A stretch of 64,000 bases of DNA, from contig OY820905.2 of the NCBI GenBank assembly GCA_963555755.3, positions 3,840,001 to 3,904,000 of the forward strand. The letters are read 5' to 3'. Positions 54,808 to 61,973 of the stretch are shown in pieces; the stretch's first letter is position 1, and the number at the start of each line of letters is the position of its first letter. The notes below the pieces were generated by a model. It had not been told where the DNA came from, ran no database searches, and was given only the letters and a program-made list of their open reading frames with translations. The DNA is from Nitrospirales bacterium (GTDB lineage: Bacteria > Nitrospirota > Nitrospiria > Nitrospirales > UBA8639). A program made the position numbers and the translations under genes.

Positions 54808-55187
54808 TGAAAAACAATGAACGACGAAAAGCCTCGCGAGTTTCTATTCTTTCAGGAATGCGTCTACCCGCAGAAATTCGAGCCAGCCAGAATCAGTCCT
54901 TATCAGCCACACTCCTCAACCTCAGCCGGCATGGTGCCCTTCTCGAATTGGATCGCCGTCAATCTTCACATCTTCGTGTTGATGAACGGGTCTCAGTGAA
55001 ACTTCGTTTTTCGCAAGATGTCGTGTGGTTGGCAGGGATTGTTCGTCATTGTTATGCCTCAAGACTTGGAGTGTTTTTCCCGGCGGGAGTCGGAACGGTG
55101 TTGAGTAAATCCAATCTTTCTCCTCGGAAAACTATTCAGCGTGTGAAGCACCATCGTGCACCGCAGGCCGTGCTTCAGTTGTTGTAG
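54804..55187 (+). CDS. PilZ-domain protein
   Basis: ERRKASR and NLSRHG motifs. Confidence 0.8.
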   Translation: MMKNNERRKASRVSILSGMRLPAEIRASQNQSLSATLLNLSRHGALLELDRRQSSHLRVDERVSVKLRFSQDVVWLAGIVRHCYASRLGVFFPAGVGTVLSKSNLSPRKTIQRVKHHRAPQAVLQLL

Positions 55188-55540
55188 ACCGACAGCGATA
55201 CATGACGGTCGATCCCCAAATCTGATTTCTCTTGCCTCTCTTCTCCTAAAGTGGTTTTATCAACCGTCCCTACCTTGAAATCTCGTGGCTCCCTCACGGT
55301 CTTTCGGTGTGAACCGTTGCTCTATAGTCCTTCCAAATAATTTTCATAAACTCGAAAAAGGAATTTCGAATTTCGAAATAAATCAAAAATTCAAAATTCG
55401 AATTTTTCAATTTGGTTATTCTCATGTGTTTCGGATTTCGATATTCGAGTTTCGGACTTACCTCATAGTTCTTCCCTCATCAGCAGAGAGAACGGAAGTG
55501 AGTTGAAAGAGGTCTAGTTTTGGTGTGGGAGGAAGGGGTT

Positions 55541-56080
55541 TTACAACCGAATACGTCGATTTAAAGGGCGGCGCGAGCGACTTGGCTGTGATGACCGGGT
55601 TGGCGCTGGACTGGTGGTTGATAACGCGCAATCGAGTCTGGGCGACTCTCGATCCAAGGATTTATACAAGTGAATTTCGACGATGCGATTGTCATTGATT
55701 CCCATGGCTTCGCACAACGCATCTTGGGCAATTTTTAGTCCGCCATCGAGGTCCCGCCTCAGCAATGTTGGAAAATAAAAGTGAATCGAGAGCGCAAGAT
55801 AGTGGGATTGAGCCGCATTCAGAAAGGTGGCACGGTTGGGTGATTGCGCCAACGCTCCCAGTAAAATTTGAGCGATAGCGGCCTTGTACCGTCGTCCGGT
55901 TGAAGACAGAACACGTCGTCCATTGACTGTCGCATATTGGCTGTTAATGCTGGGAGGCAGAGGTAGCTCGAAGGCAAATCGTGTGGGGGTGAGAGTCACC
56001 AATGGGGTTGTCGATCGAAGATCAACGGGACTTTTCGGGTTCTGGCGTTTTTTCTGTAACGAGAGTCGGGGTGCCGCCAC
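55541..56080 (-). CDS. rusA: RusA-family Holliday junction resolvase
   Basis: LPLPPSINSQY, RRDLDGGLKIAQDAL and INDNRI. Likely native start GTG 56080. Confidence 0.8.
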   Translation of the reverse strand: MAAPRLSLQKKRQNPKSPVDLRSTTPLVTLTPTRFAFELPLPPSINSQYATVNGRRVLSSTGRRYKAAIAQILLGALAQSPNRATFLNAAQSHYLALSIHFYFPTLLRRDLDGGLKIAQDALCEAMGINDNRIVEIHLYKSLDRESPRLDCALSTTSPAPTRSSQPSRSRRPLNRRIRL

Positions 56081-56100
56081 AGGCTTTTGGGGTTGGCTAG

Positions 56101-56260
56101 GAGCCTGTCCGAGATTAGACGCATCTACTGCGGATGTGCTGGATTTGGCCAGATCTTCCGATCCTTTTCGTTGAATAGTCCCACTATTCGCCTCAAACGA
56201 TCGAAACATCTGACTCAAACCAGCACATCCTCGCGACGATCGCTAATCTCGGACAGGCTC
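56101..56260 (+). mobile_element. MITE family C, copy 2
   Basis: Perfect TIR GAGCCTGTCCGAGATTAG; CTAG/CTAG TSD containing the mraZ stop. Confidence 0.88.
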
Positions 56261-56701
56261 CTAGAGAAGGTCCAGCATTTTTCCGAGATTGTTCTCGAAT
56301 TGCTCATCGTGTTGAATGAGATAGCATCGCCATTCCGAAGGATTCCAGATCTCCAACCGGTGATACATCCCAACTAAGACAATCTCTAAGTCGTCTTCTA
56401 TGGGGATGGTTTTTCGGAGTTTGCCGGGAATGAGAATACGCCCGGTTTTGTCGATATCCGAGGAGGCGGCTTCGGATACCACGAAGTGCATGAACAAGCG
56501 GCTTTGATCTTCATCAAAGGTGTTTTTTGCACGTGTGAGGACGGATTCCCATTCTTTCACGGAGTAGGCTGAGAGGGGCTGGTCTTGTCCCTTGACGAAA
56601 ATGACTCGCTCGCCATCTGCTTCCAGTTGCTCCCGAAGCGGGCTTGGAAGAATGAATCGACCCTTCTCATCTAATTTACAATGGTATTGTCCAGCGAACA
56701 T
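56261..56701 (-). CDS. mraZ: MraZ-family regulator
   Basis: MFAGQYHCKLDEKGRFILP, IDKTGRILIP and VGMYHRLEIWN. Confidence 0.85.
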   Translation of the reverse strand: MFAGQYHCKLDEKGRFILPSPLREQLEADGERVIFVKGQDQPLSAYSVKEWESVLTRAKNTFDEDQSRLFMHFVVSEAASSDIDKTGRILIPGKLRKTIPIEDDLEIVLVGMYHRLEIWNPSEWRCYLIQHDEQFENNLGKMLDLL

Positions 56702-56886
56702 CGTTCAATATTTCTCGACTGGTTGAGTGTGATTCCCAATAAATACTTAGTGGAAGGTTAGGAAAATTACCTAGTAATGTCAAGTAATACTTTTAATTTC
56801 ATATTTCAACTTCTTCAAAGGGCCTGTTGAGTATTTCACGCCCGAGGCCCATACATGGTCGAGAGGGGCAGGCCATCATCGAGTTG

Positions 56887-57036
56887 GAGGGAATGTTCAA
56901 AAAAGCATGCCCTGAGTCTTTCCGCAGGGTCCGTCCAGCAAGGCCGCAGCCCTTTTGACGCGCGGAGCGTACTCTCAGTACGTGAGCACGGCAAAAGGGC
57001 GAGAACGCCGCTGGCGGCTTTTTTCAACATTCCCTC
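56887..57036 (-). repeat. MITE-like family A, copy 3
   Basis: GAGGGAATGTTCAAAAAAG...CTTTTTTCAACATTCCCTC; overlaps the comF stop. Confidence 0.8.
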
Positions 57037-57772
57037 AAACCATTCGAGCGAGGGTTTGGACGTACACCGCTTCTGCGCCGGCTTTTCGCAGCGTTTTTGC
57101 GCATTCATTGATGGTCGTTCCGGTGGTAAAGACATCATCCACAAGTAAGATCTTTTTGCCAGAAACCACATCGGGATGGGTGACGGCAAAGGACTTCCGC
57201 AGGTTTTTGAGCCTGGCCGATCGTTTCAAAGTAGTTTGAGGGACGGTGTGTTGAGTGCGAACCAAGACATTCCACATGACGGGCATTCCAAGGTGCTGGC
57301 TCAGACGTTCAGCCAACAGTAGCGATTGATTATATTCCCGTTCTCTCAGTCGCGTGGGGTGAAGGGGCACGGCCATGATTCCGTCAAGATCACGGGGTAA
57401 GTCCCAAGCCGAAGCCATGAGCTGGGCCAGTGGTTGCGCCAATCGTACTTTCCCGTGATATTTGAATTGGCTGATGGCATCTTTGAGTACCCCCTGGTAC
57501 GCGTAGGGTGTGCAGGCTTTGGTGTACGCTGGCGGTCGTTGCCGACATCGCCCACAGAGGTGCTGCGGACTGTGCGTGAGCGTTGAAGACGAGGAAAACG
57601 GAATATGGCATCGAGGGCATTTTGGCTCGGGCAGAACGCAAATGGTTTTCCAACACGACGGACAAATGTAGGGAATGGCATTATCGAACAACGCTTCTTT
57701 GCAACTAATACAGTCCATCGGCAGAAGCGTATGAAGAACGCGATGAAGTATGTGAGAGGGAGTCAACATCAT
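57035..57772 (-). CDS. comF: ComF-family phosphoribosyltransferase-like protein
   Basis: Double Zn ribbon; VPLH..R.REYNQS; ILLVDDVFTTGTT. Confidence 0.9.
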   Translation of the reverse strand: MMLTPSHILHRVLHTLLPMDCISCKEALFDNAIPYICPSCWKTICVLPEPKCPRCHIPFSSSSTLTHSPQHLCGRCRQRPPAYTKACTPYAYQGVLKDAISQFKYHGKVRLAQPLAQLMASAWDLPRDLDGIMAVPLHPTRLREREYNQSLLLAERLSQHLGMPVMWNVLVRTQHTVPQTTLKRSARLKNLRKSFAVTHPDVVSGKKILLVDDVFTTGTTINECAKTLRKAGAEAVYVQTLARMV

Positions 57773-57950
57773 AGGGGTTCTAACCTCTGCCTGAATGGGA
57801 CATCACTTTAGAAAAAGCTCTGAATAGCGTCAAGCGAGGATGTTGGGACCGTTGAATAATTCAAAAACTATCCTAATTCGTCACTACCTTTCCACCATCC
57901 TTCTGTGGCAGAAGGAATCGGGGCTGTTGGAAATTTGGATCATGTGATAC

Positions 57951-58458
57951 GGGTTCGCATAAGAATAACTTTCCCTGTTTGGGTGTTGAGGTACCTGTCT
58001 GGCAAGGCGCGAGGGCTGCGCATACTCCTGGGTATGGAAGGGCCTGTGAAACAATAACTTGGACAAAATCGCGCCCAGATTTTGGTCGGATTTGGACGTA
58101 CTGATTGAGAAAACACCGAGGCATAGCATGCCGATGTTGAAGTGTTTTCGATTGAGGCGCGTTCAACCCAGAAACGGCAGTTGGGCGCAAAAAAGAGGCG
58201 CAAGATATTGGTGTGCATGGTGAAATAAAAAAAGTCGTGGTCACCTTGGTGGTGATGAGACATTTTTTTATTTTGCCAGGTGCGCCAAGAGCTTGCGTGG
58301 ACTTTTGTGATCCAATTGCTGTTTCTAGGTTTCAAGATGGCCCGAAGATGGGATGCGAGATGTTCAAGTTATTGTTTCACAGGCCCTAAGGGACGAGCAA
58401 CGCCGCCAGACAGGATGGATCGACGCCCAAACAGGGGGAGCTATTTTTGCGTGAGCCC
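57951..58458 (-). mobile_element. Three-level nested MITE stack (D contains E contains F)
   Basis: D halves at 57951-58039 and ~58390-58458; E 58040-58386 (TIR GGGCCTGTGAAACAATAACTTG); F 58166-58330 with TTCA TSD. Confidence 0.8.
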
Positions 58459-58526
58459 TGAGTGTGTGGTATAGGAACGGGGAGTGCGTGCCAGCCATTG
58501 TCCCAGGGTCAGGAGTGAGAAGAATC

Positions 58527-59240
58527 GTGGTACGGTTAGAGCATGTCTACAAGGAATATCGTCGTGGTGCCGTGGTGATTCATGCCCTCAACGATGCGAC
58601 GGTCCACATTGCCGACGGAGAGTTCTGTGCGGTGATGGGGCCTAGTGGGAGCGGAAAGAGTACGCTCTTGAATGTCATTGCTGGGTTGGACTCTATTTCG
58701 TCCGGTGAGATTTTTCTGGATAACCAACCATCGAGCGGGTTTTCGGACGCAGAGTGGACTCGACGGCGACGGGAGTGGATTGGGATGGTCTTTCAGTCCT
58801 TTCACTTGGTGCCAGGCATGACCGCTGCGGAGAATGTGGGGTTGCCCTTGCAGTTCAATGGGCAATCCTCGAGGGTCATTCGTCAACGAGTGGCTGAGGT
58901 GTTGGAAATGGTAGGGCTCGAGGATCGGCGCACTCATCGACCCAGCGAGCTATCGGGTGGCGAACAACAACGCGTGGCCATTGCCCGGGCCGTGGTCCAT
59001 CAACCGCGGGTTCTCTTGGCCGATGAACCAACGGGAAATCTCGACTCTCATCAGGGTGCCGAGATCGTGGAATTGCTGCATCGAATAGCCAAACGTGCCG
59101 GTCAAACGGTCATTCTTGTAACACATTCCGAAACCGCGGCTCGCGTGGCTGACCGAATCTATGCGTTACAGGATGGGCAACTGAAGCCACGTGGGTTCCC
59201 GAAACCGGCAGCCCCGGCCATGTCAGTGACTATTGAATAG
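58527..59240 (+). CDS. ABC transporter ATP-binding protein (LolD/MacB-like)
   Basis: GPSGSGKST, LSGGEQQRVAIARA, LADEPTGNLD and VTH. Confidence 0.92.
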   Translation: MVRLEHVYKEYRRGAVVIHALNDATVHIADGEFCAVMGPSGSGKSTLLNVIAGLDSISSGEIFLDNQPSSGFSDAEWTRRRREWIGMVFQSFHLVPGMTAAENVGLPLQFNGQSSRVIRQRVAEVLEMVGLEDRRTHRPSELSGGEQQRVAIARAVVHQPRVLLADEPTGNLDSHQGAEIVELLHRIAKRAGQTVILVTHSETAARVADRIYALQDGQLKPRGFPKPAAPAMSVTIE

Positions 59241-59297
59241 TTTATAAATCTCCATGGCTAGGCCTATGTAATGAATTCCATAAATTCTCAAGCGCGA

Positions 59298-59422
59298 GAG
59301 GGGGTGTTCAAAAAGGCTGTCCAGCAAGGCCGCAGGCCCTTTGGCGCGCGGAGCGTACACGGAGTACGTGCGCACGACAAAGGGCCGAGAACGCCGCTGG
59401 CGGACTTTTTCAACACCCCCTC
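59298..59422 (-). repeat. MITE-like family A, copy 4
   Basis: GAGGGGGTGTTCAAAAAG...CTTTTTCAACACCCCCTC. Confidence 0.8.
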
Positions 59423-59437
59423 AGGTAGGGAGACCGC

Positions 59438-60364
59438 ATGAACCTTTCGACGAGGATCGCAGGGGTGACCTTCCCGACCTGTTTCATGAATGCGGCTGGA
59501 GCATGTTGCGTGACACAAGAAGAGTTGGAAGCGCTCGGTGAGTCCCATGCCGGCGCGATTGTCACAAAATCCATGACCCCTCAACCGCGGGAAGGCAATC
59601 CTGGTCCGCGGTATCACAGCTTTCCTGGTGGGTCGATCAACTCGATGGGGCTGCCGAACTTGGGCTATCCTGCTTACGCCAAGTTGATCCCGGAACTTCG
59701 GCGGTTTGGGAAACCTATCGTAGCCAGTATCGCGGGCTTGAATCCTCAAGATTTTCTTGAGGCTGCCAAAGCCATAGAACTTGCCAAACCAGACCTCGTT
59801 GAGGTCAATCTCTCCTGCCCCAATATTCTGGGAAAACCGCAAATTGGATACGATATCAAGGTGTCGAGACAGCTGCTACTCGAACTCCAAGAATGCCTCA
59901 CCATTCCCATGGGTGTGAAACTACCACCGTATTTTGACCCCGTTCATCATGAGGCCATGGCTGGTATGCTGGAAGGCGTCAATGTGTCGTTTTTGTCACT
60001 GATTAATTCGGTGGGCAATGGGCTAGTGATCGATCCGGAATCGGAAACTGTGGTGATTAAACCCAAAGGTGGGTTTGGCGGGATTGGCGGAACGATCATT
60101 AAACCGGTGGCGTTGGCCAATGTGCGGGCGTTTTGGAAGTTGTTTCAGGGACGCATGCCAATTATTGGCGTAGGAGGGGTCGTGACGGGAACGGACGCGT
60201 TCGAACATCTGCTCTGCGGGGCGTCGGCTGTTCAGGTGGGCACGACCTTGGTCGAGGAAGGTCTGACTGCATTCGAGCGCCTTGAAAAAGAGTTGTCCGA
60301 GGTCCTAACCAAGAAAGGCTATGCCTCGGTTGATGATTGCCGAGGGTGCCTCAAGGAATTGTGA
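59438..60364 (+). CDS. pyrD: Dihydroorotate dehydrogenase, class 1A-like
   Basis: SINSMGLPNLG, EVNLSCPN..GKPQ, VKLPPY and PKGGFGGIGG. Confidence 0.9.
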   Translation: MNLSTRIAGVTFPTCFMNAAGACCVTQEELEALGESHAGAIVTKSMTPQPREGNPGPRYHSFPGGSINSMGLPNLGYPAYAKLIPELRRFGKPIVASIAGLNPQDFLEAAKAIELAKPDLVEVNLSCPNILGKPQIGYDIKVSRQLLLELQECLTIPMGVKLPPYFDPVHHEAMAGMLEGVNVSFLSLINSVGNGLVIDPESETVVIKPKGGFGGIGGTIIKPVALANVRAFWKLFQGRMPIIGVGGVVTGTDAFEHLLCGASAVQVGTTLVEEGLTAFERLEKELSEVLTKKGYASVDDCRGCLKEL

Positions 60365-60411
60365 ACTGTTCCAGCGTGGACCGTAAACGGACGTGCAGCG
60401 AAAGGGACCGG

Positions 60412-60693
60412 TTATTTGTTAGGAGCGGAATTTTTTGGAATGAGGCGTAAGAGGAGGCCTTGTCGAAGGAGTTGGGCGACGTTTCGCACCCGCAGACGAC
60501 GCATTAAATTGAAGCGATGCACTTCAACTGTCCGCACACTAATATCTAACTGTGCCCCGATTTCTCGATTGGTATGCCCGAGGGCCACCAATTTGAGAAT
60601 TTCTTTTTGACGAGTCGTTAACGAAAACGCCTCGTCCTTCTTTTCGCGAGCAGTATCCTTCAGATCCTGGGTCTTCGATTTTGCTTTAGCCAT
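60412..60693 (-). CDS. Stand-alone LuxR-type HTH regulator
   Basis: LTTRQKEILKLVALGHTNREIGAQLDISVRTVEVHRFNLMRRL. Confidence 0.88.
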   Translation of the reverse strand: MAKAKSKTQDLKDTAREKKDEAFSLTTRQKEILKLVALGHTNREIGAQLDISVRTVEVHRFNLMRRLRVRNVAQLLRQGLLLRLIPKNSAPNK

Positions 60694-60774
60694 GGAATGA
60701 TGCCTGTATGAATGAATACCCAATCGGGAGACACTTATTTACCAAAATTAGGCCTCCCCATACAACCCTCCCTA

Positions 60775-61963
60775 GTGTAGTGTCCTAAACAGGTAGTGCA
60801 TTAAGTGCGGCCTTCGCCCGGCGGACCTTTTTAAGAATTGTTTCCGCCGATTTCGTCCACACAAACGGTTTTGGGGCCGTATTGTTCTGGGCAATATGGT
60901 CACCAATCGCCGCTTCCAATTCTTCCACGGACCGAAACACTCCGCGCCGGATCTGCTTGGCCGTGATGTTGGCGAAGAACCGTTCTACCAAATTCAGCCA
61001 CGACGAACTGGTCGGGATAAAGTGGAAATGGACCCGCGGGTGCTTGGCAAGCCACGCCTGGACCTTCGCATGTTTATGCGTGGCATAATTATCCATGATA
61101 ATGTGCAAGTCGACCGTCTTGTCCACGGTTCGATCAATCAGGGACAGAAACTTGAGAAATTCCTGATGCCGGTGTCGCGGCATACATTTGCCCAGAATCT
61201 GTCCGCTCAAGACATCCAGCGCCGCAAAGAGGGTACTCGTGCCATGGCGCTTATAATCGTGAGTCATCGTTCCACAGCGGCCCTTCTTCATCGGCAGGCC
61301 TGGCTGCGTACGATCCAAGGCCTGAATCGAACTCTTCTCGTCGACACACAGCACCACGGCTTTTTCGGGGGGATTCAAATAGAGCCCCACGACGTCGTGT
61401 AATTTCTCCTCAAACCGGGGGTCATTGCTGATTTTAAAGTGTTTCACCAGATGGGGCTTCAAGCCATGGGCTTTCCAGACGCGCTGGACGAAACTATGCT
61501 GACAGCCCACAGCCTGTGCCATGGATCGGGTGGACCAGTGGGTCGCGCCCTTGGGTTTGTCCTGGGTGGTGCGGCGAAGAATCTTCTGCCTCAGCCGCGT
61601 CTGGTCTTCCGTCTTCTTGCCGCCGTGGTTGGCTCCGCGCGGCGCATCTTTGAGGATGCCAGGGTATCCTTGCGCTGCATACCGATTGCGCCATCGCCCC
61701 ACTTTATGCGGATCAATCCCCAGCACCAGACTAATCTCTTTGTTGGTATTCCCGGCTGCGGCAAGCAGAACAATCTTTGAGCGCTCCACCAATCGGACCG
61801 CACTGCGGCGACTTCGGGTATGCCGTTGTAACTGCTGACGGTCCCCAGCTCTTAAGGTGATCGGCACGGCTTGACGCATACTCCCCTCCTCAACACGAGC
61901 ATGAATAATATCGTGATGCTAGCAGAATGCGATATAATATACAATCTATTTAGGACACTACAC
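60775..61963 (-). mobile_element. IS630-family element
   Basis: TIR GTGTAGTGTCCTAAA; TA duplication within CTAG. Confidence 0.92.
60785..61879 (-). CDS. IS630-family transposase
   Basis: VLCVDEKS, THDYKRHGT, MDNYATHKH and SSWLNLVERFF. Confidence 0.93.
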   Translation of the reverse strand: MRQAVPITLRAGDRQQLQRHTRSRRSAVRLVERSKIVLLAAAGNTNKEISLVLGIDPHKVGRWRNRYAAQGYPGILKDAPRGANHGGKKTEDQTRLRQKILRRTTQDKPKGATHWSTRSMAQAVGCQHSFVQRVWKAHGLKPHLVKHFKISNDPRFEEKLHDVVGLYLNPPEKAVVLCVDEKSSIQALDRTQPGLPMKKGRCGTMTHDYKRHGTSTLFAALDVLSGQILGKCMPRHRHQEFLKFLSLIDRTVDKTVDLHIIMDNYATHKHAKVQAWLAKHPRVHFHFIPTSSSWLNLVERFFANITAKQIRRGVFRSVEELEAAIGDHIAQNNTAPKPFVWTKSAETILKKVRRAKAALNALPV

Positions 61964-61973
61964 TAGTTGACGC

